DNA of 64,000 nt, taken from contig CBDCCZ010000001.1 in the NCBI GenBank assembly GCA_965215005.1, forward strand, positions 32,001 through 96,000, read 5' to 3'. A program made the position numbers and the translations under genes. Origin of the DNA: Kofleriaceae bacterium. GTDB lineage: Bacteria; Myxococcota_A; Polyangia; Haliangiales; Haliangiaceae. Shown here one piece after another: positions 23,802 through 37,403 of the stretch. Numbering within the stretch: position 1 is the stretch's first letter; every line of letters starts with the position of its first letter. Below the pieces are notes generated by a model. That model saw only the letters and a program-made list of their open reading frames with translations, made no database searches and was not told the origin of the DNA.

Positions 23802-24749
23802 ATGAGCGGTGACGCCCAAACAAAGGCCAACCAGCAGTGCCAGCGCGTCCCGCATCCTCGTTGGCGCGCCCCGTACTTCGCCGGAGCCGTGCTCGCCGTG
23901 ACGCTGAGCGGCTGTCGCTGGTGCGGCGACGAGCCCTCGCGAGCGCTACCCGAGGACGCCACGCTTGCACTCGATGCCGCCGCGCCCGATGCCGGCCTCG
24001 AGGTCTACGCGTTCGCCGCCGACCTCGACGAGGTCAAAGCGCTGGCCTCGCTCGCGGCAGTGCCTGCGTGGCAAGCGGTGATCGACCGCGGCGAGTACCT
24101 GGCACGTCGCGACCGCAACGGGGTGGTTTGGGGCGTTTTGAGCAAGGTGGGCGAGCAGTATCTAGAGGTGGGCGAGCAGTATCTAGTCGATGAGACGCAG
24201 GGCCAGGGGGCGCTGGGAATCCGGCTCGTCACCTCGTTGCCGCATGGTCTCGAGGCCGGCGCGCGCATCGCGGTGCGTGGTAGTTGGCGGGTCGATGAGC
24301 AGCGCCGTTGGGCATGGCAGGCCTCTGAGATCTGGAAGCTCTCCGGGACCAATGAAGCGCTCGCGGATAGCTTCGTGCCCGGTCTCGCAATCGAAGCGGC
24401 GGCCGCGCCCGCGGGTGCGTCGCTGGTGTCATCGGTCGAGGAAGCGGGGCCCATCGTCTTTCAAGTGGTGAGCGCGCCGGTCAAACAGGGCGATGGCTGG
24501 GAAATCGCCGATCAAACCAAAGGGCCGGCAACGGCAACACTGCGCTTGCCGGGCTCCGAGCTCGCGTATGGTGCACAAGATTATCGCGGCCACGATGAGC
24601 GTTGGCGTCTCGAGCGCGGCATCACCTACGTGGTGTGGGTCGCGCCGTTCCGCAATCGCCGCTACAACGGCAGACTGCGTCTCGAGGCCGTGAATGCGCC
24701 CAAGGCACTCAGCGGGCCGTGGCAGCCTGCCGACGCCGGGGTTCCGTAG
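23802..24749 (+). CDS. Hypothetical lipoprotein (possible OB-like domains)
   Basis: Hydrophobic stretch plus lipobox VTLSGC; start uncertain. Confidence 0.65.
   Translation: MSGDAQTKANQQCQRVPHPRWRAPYFAGAVLAVTLSGCRWCGDEPSRALPEDATLALDAAAPDAGLEVYAFAADLDEVKALASLAAVPAWQAVIDRGEYLARRDRNGVVWGVLSKVGEQYLEVGEQYLVDETQGQGALGIRLVTSLPHGLEAGARIAVRGSWRVDEQRRWAWQASEIWKLSGTNEALADSFVPGLAIEAAAAPAGASLVSSVEEAGPIVFQVVSAPVKQGDGWEIADQTKGPATATLRLPGSELAYGAQDYRGHDERWRLERGITYVVWVAPFRNRRYNGRLRLEAVNAPKALSGPWQPADAGVP
24145..24186. repeat. Perfect in-frame 21-bp duplication
   Basis: AGGTGGGCGAGCAGTATCTAG x2 (VGEQYL twice). Confidence 0.95.
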
Positions 24750-24782
24750 CAACGGCTGGCGACGTGCTAACCTTGGCATTCG

Positions 24783-25649
24783 ATGATCGTCGAGTGCCCG
24801 GGGTGCAAGAGCCGGTACGACGTCGCTGGACGCCCCGCCGGGACCCGTGGCCGATGCCGCTGCGGAACCATTTTTGCGATGCCTCATCCCGATCCGCAGG
24901 CAGGGCATCTGGCGTGCCCGCGGTGCGGAGCCAGCGTCGCGTGCAGTAACCACATCTGCGAGTTCTGCCGTGCCGAGCTGCTGGTGAAGGCGTGTCCTCG
25001 GTGTTTCGCGCGCGTCTTCCATGGCCATCGTCACTGCGGTGGTTGCGGCGCTGACGTAACCGTTCCGGCCGCCGCCGAGCCCGACGGCCAAGCTCGGCAG
25101 CGCCGGTGCCCGCGCTGTGAAAGCGTCGCGCTCGAGGGTCGACTCGTCGATGACGTGCTCCTCGATGAGTGTCCGAGCTGTCACGGTGTGTACGTGGATC
25201 ACGTCGCTCTCGAGCGCGTGGTCCAAGAGCGCAAGCAGGCGCGCGCCGAGTCGCTGCTCGGCGCATTGCCGAGCAAGGCGGTGAGCGAGGATGGCAGCGG
25301 CCGGGTTTACATCGAGTGCCCGGACTGCGATGCGCTCATGAATCGGCGCAACTTCGCCCGCGGTGCCGGTGTCATCATTGACGTGTGCCGCTTCCACGGC
25401 ACCTGGTTCGACGCCGACGAGCTGCCGCACGTGATCCGCTTCGTGATGCAAGGGGGCCTGGAGCAAGCGGCGCAAAAAGACGCCGAGCGGGCGCGTGATG
25501 AAGCGCGGCAAGCGGCTCGCTTGGCGCAGGCGATGCGATTTAGTGAGCCCAGCGGAGGTCGCGCCTCGGCTACGAGCGATGGTGCGAGCGCGGGCTCGGT
25601 GATAGTCGAGGCGCTAGCGCTGCTTGGTGCGCTACTGTTCGACGACTGA
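24783..25649 (+). CDS. Multi zinc-ribbon protein (MJ0042-like, double zinc ribbon, 2x zf-TFIIB-like)
   Basis: CPGC, CRC, CPRC, CEFC, CPRC, CGGC, CPRC, CPSC, CPDC, CRFHGTWFDADEL. Confidence 0.85.
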   Translation: MIVECPGCKSRYDVAGRPAGTRGRCRCGTIFAMPHPDPQAGHLACPRCGASVACSNHICEFCRAELLVKACPRCFARVFHGHRHCGGCGADVTVPAAAEPDGQARQRRCPRCESVALEGRLVDDVLLDECPSCHGVYVDHVALERVVQERKQARAESLLGALPSKAVSEDGSGRVYIECPDCDALMNRRNFARGAGVIIDVCRFHGTWFDADELPHVIRFVMQGGLEQAAQKDAERARDEARQAARLAQAMRFSEPSGGRASATSDGASAGSVIVEALALLGALLFDD

Positions 25650-25659
25650 GGTCGCAATC

Positions 25660-26610
<951 letters not shown>

Positions 26611-26627
26611 CTGGGTGTGCCTGAGCT

Positions 26628-27155
26628 ATGCCGGTGGATACCGATCATCCCAAAGCGACCACTTTGCGTGAGCTCCTCTTGGAGCTGCGCCAAGGGTACA
26701 CGCTGCATAAGCCGATTCTCATCGAGGTCGAGCCGGGCGCGAACGTCGCGCCCGAGGCCACGATCGATCGGACGATGACGCTGCGCAAGCCGCTCGACTG
26801 GGCCGAGCAGTACGGTCGCGAGTACGCGGGGCATTCGTTTTTGGTGCTTGGGCCCAACACGCTGTCTGCCGGTCTCGAGAGCCCGGTAACGATTGGTCGC
26901 AGCCGACGTTGCGACGTCCGCATCGAAAACGATTCGGTGAGCAAGGTCCACGGCTCCGTCGTCTTCGATCGAACGTCCGGCGAGTACTACATCGTCGACG
27001 AGAGCTCGCGAAACGGCACCTGCATCAACGGCGAACCGCTGGCCGCCGGTGTGCCCCAGGCCATATGGTCGGGTGCCTACGTGAGCTTTGGTGACGCAGT
27101 ATTCGTGTTCATCGATCCGCCAACGTTGCGAAAGCTGTCGAAGATCGCTGTATGA
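26628..27155 (+). CDS. FHA-domain protein
   Basis: IGRSRRCD, SVSKVH, D..SRNGT. Confidence 0.92.
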   Translation: MPVDTDHPKATTLRELLLELRQGYTLHKPILIEVEPGANVAPEATIDRTMTLRKPLDWAEQYGREYAGHSFLVLGPNTLSAGLESPVTIGRSRRCDVRIENDSVSKVHGSVVFDRTSGEYYIVDESSRNGTCINGEPLAAGVPQAIWSGAYVSFGDAVFVFIDPPTLRKLSKIAV

Positions 27156-27203
27156 GTGAGCTGCGGTGTTGACGCCACGCCGTTTCACCGGCACGAAGAG
27201 CTC

Positions 27204-28220
27204 GTGAGAACATTCCTTTGGGCATTGGCCGTGCTTGCGATGGTCTCGGCCTGCGAGAAAGATGAGTTGCGCGTTCAGACCGACAGCGAGGTCGGCGGCG
27301 ACTATGGTCGCAGCGAGCTGCTCGCGGCCATTGAGACGTATACCGCCGCGAAACGCACTCCAGAGGCGTATCGCAAGCTCGCCACCGACCTCGATGCGCT
27401 GCGCGAGCGCTTCCACGCCGAGGTTGCCGCCGATGCGGAACGCAACCTGGTGATCTTGGCCCTCGAGCCGCTCAAGAGCCAATTCGATGCGCCGCTCGCC
27501 GAGCAGGCCGAGATTCTAGCCACGACGGTCTGGCCCACGGCGCTCGAGGTCGAGCCGCTCCCCGATGAGACGCCACAGGCTTATATGGAGCGAATCTGCG
27601 GCGCGCAGCTGGCGCTCGTCTGTAAATCGGTGGCGAGCCAGTATCGCGAGCTGGTACTGGCTCGCGAGGTCTGGGAACGGTTCAAAGATCGCGCACGCGA
27701 AGCAGTGCAGCGCTGTCAGGTGTGCGACGGCAACTTTGCGGCGGTGGTGACCGAATTTGAGCGACACGAGAATCAGCTGTCGCAGCGTCTGGGTGCTCTG
27801 GACGGCGCCGAGGAGATCTCCAACTGGCCCATCGCCGGGGCCAACGCCTCGACTTGGGCAGAGCCGCCACTGTTCGAGGTCGCCGAAGATGGCTCGGCGC
27901 GGCTGACAGGACAGCCAGTGGCGCCGGGGCAGTGGCTCGACGCGCTACGCGCCCTCGATACGGAGCGCGAGGTGCTCGGGGTCTATCTGCGGCCTACGGC
28001 GCGCGTGCGGGTGCTTCAGGCCGTCGTCAACGACGCGCGTGAAGCGGGGTTTGCCGAGCTGGCGCTGCTAGCGCGCGATAAAGAGTACCCCTATACGCGG
28101 CGGCAATACCGTTTGCCGCTGCGCTCGCGCGTGCGGCTGCCGGTGCGCGACTTCGAGACGATTCAGGTGCTGATGCAGGCGCTCGATGCGGCTGCCGCGC
28201 CAGCTGGCCGCGGCGCGTGA
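27204..28220 (+). CDS. Lipoprotein with C-terminal ExbD/TolR-like domain
   Basis: Lipobox MVSAC; VLGVYLRPTARVRVLQAVVNDAREAGFAELAL resembles the ExbD periplasmic domain. Confidence 0.6.
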   Translation: MRTFLWALAVLAMVSACEKDELRVQTDSEVGGDYGRSELLAAIETYTAAKRTPEAYRKLATDLDALRERFHAEVAADAERNLVILALEPLKSQFDAPLAEQAEILATTVWPTALEVEPLPDETPQAYMERICGAQLALVCKSVASQYRELVLAREVWERFKDRAREAVQRCQVCDGNFAAVVTEFERHENQLSQRLGALDGAEEISNWPIAGANASTWAEPPLFEVAEDGSARLTGQPVAPGQWLDALRALDTEREVLGVYLRPTARVRVLQAVVNDAREAGFAELALLARDKEYPYTRRQYRLPLRSRVRLPVRDFETIQVLMQALDAAAAPAGRGA

Positions 28221-28225
28221 ACCGC

Positions 28226-28798
28226 TTAGCGAACTTTGAGCGGGCTCACGCCAGTGAGGGTAAGGTTGCCGGCGGCGTCGATGTGAATCTCGGCCTCAGG
28301 GGTCGCTTCTACCGCAGCGCGGTCATAGCGGTTACTGAGGAGGTGGATGCGCTGATTCGACGAGCCGCGCAAGCCGCGTCCGAGGCGCTGGGGCGCCACA
28401 TATCGGCCATCGATCAACACGTCGAGGTTCGCGAGCAGGTCCGCGCCGCAAGGCTGAGCTCGAATCTCCTCGAGGGTGTAGCCGGAGAACGCCAGGGTTG
28501 AGAGCGAGGTGCGGGTGCGGACCTCGCGGAGCAAGGCCAGCACCCCTTGCGGCTGCTCAAATGGCTCGCCGCCGGAAAGCGTGAGCCCCTCGATGCGCCC
28601 GCCCTCGGCTTGTAGCCAGCCGAGCACCTCGTCCACGCCGACGTGCTGGGTTGCTTCGCTGCGATGGGTGGCGGGATTGAAGCATCCCGGGCAGCCGAGC
28701 GAGCAGCCTTGCATCCAAAGCGTGAAGCGCGAGCCGGGACCATTGGCCCGGCTGCGCGGCTGCCACGCGTGGAGTCTCAGCGACAGCGCAGACCGCAC
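28226..28798 (-). CDS. NrdG-like radical SAM (organic radical activating enzyme family)
   Basis: NGPG.R, QGCSLGCPGCFNP, GLTLSGGEP, DVLIDGRY, RGSSNQRI. Confidence 0.9.
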   Translation of the reverse strand: MRSALSLRLHAWQPRSRANGPGSRFTLWMQGCSLGCPGCFNPATHRSEATQHVGVDEVLGWLQAEGGRIEGLTLSGGEPFEQPQGVLALLREVRTRTSLSTLAFSGYTLEEIRAQPCGADLLANLDVLIDGRYVAPQRLGRGLRGSSNQRIHLLSNRYDRAAVEATPEAEIHIDAAGNLTLTGVSPLKVR

Positions 28799-28800
28799 GG

Positions 28801-30648
28801 CTACTTGGGAGCCGGCGGAGGAATGGCGGGCGCTGCACGCCGCCCCGCCGCGGAGCCGGTGACGTCGAGCTCTTTGAACAGCAAGTTGGGCGTTATCACC
28901 GCGCTCTCGACCCCGCCCGACGGCACGAAGCCCTCGGGGGTGCCGCCGCTGATCTTGTGCTCGACCCACATCTCCGGAGAGGCCAGAAAATTGGCTACGA
29001 ACTTGTCGCGACCTGCCGCGACGATGTCTTTCCAGGCGCGAATATCGACCTCTTTGAGCTGAACGCCACGCACTAGCTCTTCTTTGCCGGTGGGATACAC
29101 GCGGTACGCCAAGCTCACGGGCGGCGGCGCGAGAACATCCGTGGTGCGAAACAGCCGAATGAGCTGCGGCTTGCTCAGCTCGGGGGCGGCGGTGATCGCC
29201 GCGTCGTCGAAGCCGCGAATGATGAGGCCATACTCGAGCCCCTGCCGCTTCACTTCCGCCAGCAGACGCTGCTTGAGTTGCGCATCGGATAGCCCGCGGC
29301 GCGCCTCTACGAATAGGTTGGTGGCGCTGCCGTGGAAGACGCCGCCGGGCCCGGTGCGCCGGGCATGGCCGTTGGAGCCGGCGAAGTCCTGCGACGGGGT
29401 GCGGCTGGTGAGCAGCGAGACCAGCTTGCCGTTGGCGACGACCTGCACCCGCTTGGCCGGAACGCCTTCATCATCGAGCTTGTACGCGCCGATGAGGGCG
29501 CGGTTGCCAGCCGAGCGCGCGGTCGGATCGTCGATGAGGGTCAGCTCGGGTGCGAGCACCCGCAGGTTCTTCTTACCCGCTAGGGCGCCGCCAAACATCT
29601 TCGCTTCTTGCGGCGTCATACCCGCCGGAACGGGGGTGCCACCGAGATTGCCGGCCAACGTGTAGCGGACCATGTCGGCTGCGCCTTGATCATCGAACAG
29701 CACCGGGCCGGAGTAGTTCTCCATCACGGGAGCAGTGCGCAACGCGGCGAGAGTGGAGGCCAATTTCTTGGCTTCGTCGATCAGCTCAGCGTCACTGGGC
29801 AGATCGGCCGCGGTGATCCCGTAGCGCGTGAAATGCAGCGCCAACTCCTGACCATCCTCGGCCTGCCCCGAGGCGGTGATGACGACACCGCTCACGCGAC
29901 GCGTATCGGTGGCGCTGGTGCCTTCGCTGTTCAAGTACCAGCGCCGCTCTAGAAAGCTCGTGAACGCCACCCTCGAGTCGCGGACGTGGTCTACGCCGCG
30001 GAACACCGCCGAGATTTTCTGCGCGCGATCTTCAAGAGTCGAGAGCTCTTCGAGCTTGGCAACCAGCACCTGCTCATCCGAGACGAACGGCTCTTCCTTG
30101 GTATAGCTCGCCACGCCTGGTCGAGCGCCGCCGGTGCGCTGCGCCTCTTGCTTGGTTCGCAGCTGCAAGAGCGCTTCTTTATAGGCTGCATCGGTGGCCA
30201 GCCAGGTGGCGCGACTGGCGAGGCGCGGAGTCGCCTCGAGCGGCAGCTGGATCGTTGCGATCCCATCGATGAACTCGCCTTGCGGAATCACGAAGTTCGA
30301 GTTGTCGAAGGTGTAGTCGCCGACGTGAGCGTGGGTGTCGAGATTGACGAAGTGGCGGTCCTTGCGCGCCGTGGTCTGGCCAAGAGTCGCAGCGACGTCG
30401 TTGACCTCGACCTCGGTGAGCTTGTAGCCGAGGAAGTAGGGCGACTCTTCGCCGGGGATGGTGAGCGCGGATAGGGCGCGGCCCATTTCGCTCGCTACGG
30501 CATCCACCGTGGAGTTGGTGATGGCTTTGGAAGGCCCGGCGCCGTCAGCTTCTGCGACGTCTTTGGCGGGCCGCTTGCCCGCGCTCGCCGGGCTCAAGAT
30601 CAAGCTGCTGATGGCGAGGGCGGCGCCAAGCTCGTGCAGTAGGCGCAT
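28801..30648 (-). CDS. TldD/PmbA-family non-catalytic partner (TldE-like) with signal peptide
   Basis: YSGPVLF, LIDDPT, DDEGV, SNGHAR; no HExxxH; TGATG coupling to the upstream gene. Confidence 0.82.
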   Translation of the reverse strand: MRLLHELGAALAISSLILSPASAGKRPAKDVAEADGAGPSKAITNSTVDAVASEMGRALSALTIPGEESPYFLGYKLTEVEVNDVAATLGQTTARKDRHFVNLDTHAHVGDYTFDNSNFVIPQGEFIDGIATIQLPLEATPRLASRATWLATDAAYKEALLQLRTKQEAQRTGGARPGVASYTKEEPFVSDEQVLVAKLEELSTLEDRAQKISAVFRGVDHVRDSRVAFTSFLERRWYLNSEGTSATDTRRVSGVVITASGQAEDGQELALHFTRYGITAADLPSDAELIDEAKKLASTLAALRTAPVMENYSGPVLFDDQGAADMVRYTLAGNLGGTPVPAGMTPQEAKMFGGALAGKKNLRVLAPELTLIDDPTARSAGNRALIGAYKLDDEGVPAKRVQVVANGKLVSLLTSRTPSQDFAGSNGHARRTGPGGVFHGSATNLFVEARRGLSDAQLKQRLLAEVKRQGLEYGLIIRGFDDAAITAAPELSKPQLIRLFRTTDVLAPPPVSLAYRVYPTGKEELVRGVQLKEVDIRAWKDIVAAGRDKFVANFLASPEMWVEHKISGGTPEGFVPSGGVESAVITPNLLFKELDVTGSAAGRRAAPAIPPPAPK

Positions 30649-32462
30649 CAGTTGGTTCCTTCCGTGATCGCTGGCGACGGCAGAATCGGTGGCCGATCCG
30701 CTTCTTTGAATCCGCGCTCGATCTCGAGCTTTTCGATGAGCAAGCTGGGCGCCGAGGCCGATACCGGCACCCAGCCCGACTCGGCGCCACACATCCCGTT
30801 GAACGTTTCCACGTCGCGGCTCGCGGCCATGATGGAGCCGAGCGCGATGAGCGGCGTACCGACGATGTCGACGCCGCGGACCAGCTCACGGCGACCATCG
30901 GGATAGAGCCTGTATGCCATCACTGGGTTGACCTTGAACGACTGCGGGGTGAAGCGGCTGGTGAGCGTGAAGCCGCCGCTGATGTCGCTAAAGATCATGC
31001 CGAACGGTTTCTTTTGGCGCTTGATCTCGTCGATGAGCAGCTTTTCGAGCTCTTCTTCGGGCACCGAGCGGGATGCCTCGACTACTAGATTGCCCTGCCG
31101 GCTCACGCTAAACAAGCCCGGCTGCTTGCGGCCATGGCCATTGGAGTGCGGAAAGCCTTCGACCGGATCGCGGCCCTGGACGAACCCACGCAACACGCCG
31201 TCTTCCACTAGCATTGCGCGCTGAGCGCGCACGCCTTCATCATCGAAGTGATAGAAGCCGTTTAGCTGCTCACCGTTGAGCTTGGTGATGGTCGGGTCGT
31301 CATAGACCGACAGCCACGGCGGCATGATGCGCTCACCGACTTTGGTCGAAAACGTTTGGCCGCTGGTATCAGCCGTCTGGCGATGGCCTTCGATGCGGTG
31401 CCCAAAGACCTCGTGGAAGAACACCGCCGCGGCGCGCCCTTCGAGAATCGCCGGGCCGACGTATGGATCCACCACCGGCGCTTCATGCAGCGCATCGAGA
31501 TCGGTGGTGACCTCGGCAATCATGGTGTCGAGCTCGGCACCGCTCGGCAAGTCGCCCGGTTGGCGGCCGAACCGCTGTTCGAGGCGATGCAGCTGCATGC
31601 CGTCATCGGCCTTTACGCCCACCGAGATCGACAGCATCGAGCTTGGCCACGACCGCTGCAACTGCGTGCCTTCGGAGTTGACCATGTAGACCGTGTTGAC
31701 CTCAAAGTCGACGCGACAGGTAGCGCGGGTGGCGACGCCGCGAAACGCCCGCTTCGAGCATTCCTTGACCCGCTGCTCCCACTGCGATCGGTCGAGCTCG
31801 AGCTCAGCTTGCCGCTGGATGTAGATCTCGGGCTTCTCGTGCACGAAGTCGGGAACCTTTTGCTTCTCGGCCAACATGCTGGCGTCTTGTTTGACGGCAC
31901 CGAGCGCTTGCACCGCTTCGCGATAGCGTCGATCGGTCTCGAGCCACAGCGAATGGCTTACGGCCAGCGGATCGGCGGAAAAAGGTACCGTTCCGCGGCG
32001 CGCCAGCGGTTGGTTCAAGCCGTTGGGATCATCGGAGAGCTCGCGGGTGTTATCGAGCTCCGGCGAGCCCACGCGAACCTCGACATCGAGCTGTCGGTCG
32101 ACATCGTCATCGCTGGACACCAAGGCCCCGCCTTCGGCCTCGATAGCGACCCGGCGCGTGTCATAGACGTAGTAGGCGAGGTAGTAGGCGGGATCGGTGG
32201 CGCCGGCGAGCGTATCCATCCAGCGGCGGTTTTCGGCCACCATGTTGTCGAGGATTGGCGAGCGGGCCGCAGGAGTGTGCTCAGCATCGGGGGCCATGCG
32301 CGCTGCATCGACCTTGGCTGGCACCTCGGGAAGGTTGAGGAACGCCCCGGCGCTGCCGGGGCCGGTATCCGTTGAAGTGGTCTTGGTTTGATTACTGGAC
32401 CCGCAAGATGCAGCGAAGGCCGCGACGAGCGTCGCGGCCGCCCAGCGAAATCGGACGTGCAT
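30648..32462 (-). CDS. tldD: TldD-family metalloprotease, lipoprotein
   Basis: FFHEVFGHRIEG, DDPT, DDEGV, SNGHGR, GMCG; lipobox FAASC. Confidence 0.88.
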   Translation of the reverse strand: MHVRFRWAAATLVAAFAASCGSSNQTKTTSTDTGPGSAGAFLNLPEVPAKVDAARMAPDAEHTPAARSPILDNMVAENRRWMDTLAGATDPAYYLAYYVYDTRRVAIEAEGGALVSSDDDVDRQLDVEVRVGSPELDNTRELSDDPNGLNQPLARRGTVPFSADPLAVSHSLWLETDRRYREAVQALGAVKQDASMLAEKQKVPDFVHEKPEIYIQRQAELELDRSQWEQRVKECSKRAFRGVATRATCRVDFEVNTVYMVNSEGTQLQRSWPSSMLSISVGVKADDGMQLHRLEQRFGRQPGDLPSGAELDTMIAEVTTDLDALHEAPVVDPYVGPAILEGRAAAVFFHEVFGHRIEGHRQTADTSGQTFSTKVGERIMPPWLSVYDDPTITKLNGEQLNGFYHFDDEGVRAQRAMLVEDGVLRGFVQGRDPVEGFPHSNGHGRKQPGLFSVSRQGNLVVEASRSVPEEELEKLLIDEIKRQKKPFGMIFSDISGGFTLTSRFTPQSFKVNPVMAYRLYPDGRRELVRGVDIVGTPLIALGSIMAASRDVETFNGMCGAESGWVPVSASAPSLLIEKLEIERGFKEADRPPILPSPAITEGTN

Positions 32463-32612
32463 ACGCCAAAGCGTAGAGGCCGGCGTGACAGTCGTCAAAC
32501 CACGTTCGTGCGGGAATATGCGGCTGCCGCGGCCGGTCTAGCATGCTGCGCCTCGGGCGGTTCCCGCGGCATCCGCCTCGCCGGCGCGGTGTAGGTGTGA
32601 TTAGCCGCGTTG

Positions 32613-34595
<1,983 letters not shown>

Positions 34596-34646
34596 GACGG
34601 TCGTTTAGCACGCGAGCCGCGCTCGAGGAAAGCCGCTCCGCCGCGG

Positions 34647-35303
34647 CTACGAGTCGCCGCGGGGCGCGAGCAGCTCGACGGTGGGCTCGATGTTCTTGCA
34701 GCAGGTGCGCGCGCCATCGATCGCCCGTACCGCGTCAGCCCACGGCAGCGACCGCGGCAACAGCAGCTGTATATCGGTCATGCCGTAGGCCTTCACGGCC
34801 TCACGGATGAGCTCGCGGGTGCCGGCTCGATCGACGTGTTTGCCATCGAGCTGGCCGGTGCACTTGGCCTCTTTGACCTGCGGCGGCGAGACGCAAAACT
34901 TGTTATCGCTGGTGACCGTCGCTTGAATGGCGCGAGCCTCGTCGACTTTTTGAGAGAGCTCGAACGCGTAGATGCGCCGGCGCTGGCCTACGAGGATGAC
35001 GGGCGTAGCGCCCTTCTCGCGGATGCGCTCGAGCAGCATCTCGACCTTGCCGAACGGAGCCTCCCGATCGACGGCCAGCCGAATCACCGGAGCATCGGGA
35101 AGGGTCACCGGTGTGCCAGCGCGAACCTCCACGGTGGCGCCCTCCGGCGCCGCAGACACGCCGGTGGCCTGGGCCAACAGCGCGTCACCGACCTTGGCGG
35201 GTTCCGGGGCATCGCACGCCGTCGCGAGTGCGATGGCCACGAGGCCAACGCGAGCGACGACACCAGAGGAGCGAGCACGAAGGCGCGACGGTAGCAGACT
35301 CAC
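34647..35303 (-). CDS. Lipoprotein with ExbD-like segments
   Basis: Lipobox LATAC; IRLAVDREAPFGKVEMLLERIREKG. Confidence 0.55.
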   Translation of the reverse strand: MSLLPSRLRARSSGVVARVGLVAIALATACDAPEPAKVGDALLAQATGVSAAPEGATVEVRAGTPVTLPDAPVIRLAVDREAPFGKVEMLLERIREKGATPVILVGQRRRIYAFELSQKVDEARAIQATVTSDNKFCVSPPQVKEAKCTGQLDGKHVDRAGTRELIREAVKAYGMTDIQLLLPRSLPWADAVRAIDGARTCCKNIEPTVELLAPRGDS

Positions 35304-35388
35304 CTCATTGAGGTACCACGCAGCAGCGCCCTCGCCAAATACGACGCGGCGGGATCGTGACGCGGAAGTGGGGCCGCTTCCGTTGCTG

Positions 35389-36774
<1,386 letters not shown>

Positions 36775-36986
36775 GAGGTGTTCTCCAAAGCATCGTTCGC
36801 GAAACGTGAACGCTTGGCCGAAATCGACGACCTAGCGGCGACCTGAGAAGCAGCTCAGCGCACGTCGGGCTGATGGAGAACTGTGCCTAGAAACCACATA
36901 AAGATGTCTGCCACCTTATAGTATGGCGCCCGAGCGAAGTAAAGAAGAGCGTCTGCGGGCTCGTCGCCGTGGGAGGCGGCAGCGAG

Positions 36987-37403
36987 TCAAGGCGTGTCAT
37001 CGGGCTCGGTGGTATGGGGGCCGGTGACGGTGTGATTGCACTCGGTATCGGCGTCGGCGGTGACCTGCGAGCGCAGGGCAAGGGTGTGATCGATCCACAC
37101 TCGCTGGACCTCGGGATCGACGCGATGCGCCGCCATGACATTTTTGAGGATCTGTAAGCGCCGCTCGAAGTGACCGCCGAGGATCGGTGAGCGGGCGTGG
37201 GCTTGGCGCATGGAGCGGCCGGTGTACGGCACGTCGGCGCCGAGAAACCGCGCCGCCAGCTCCCATTCCTTTTGGATCAGGCGCTCTTTGTCTTTGCCCC
37301 AGAAGAGAAATCCGATCATCACGTCTGCAAAGACGCGATCGTAGAAATCGCCGATCACCGCACGCAGTGCCTCGGGACCGATCTTGTCGTACGGAATGCT
37401 CAT
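36987..37403 (-). CDS. Group I (N) truncated hemoglobin
   Basis: YDKIG, DFYDRV, F at CD1, YTGRSMRQAH (proximal His), HF. Confidence 0.85.
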   Translation of the reverse strand: MSIPYDKIGPEALRAVIGDFYDRVFADVMIGFLFWGKDKERLIQKEWELAARFLGADVPYTGRSMRQAHARSPILGGHFERRLQILKNVMAAHRVDPEVQRVWIDHTLALRSQVTADADTECNHTVTGPHTTEPDDTP

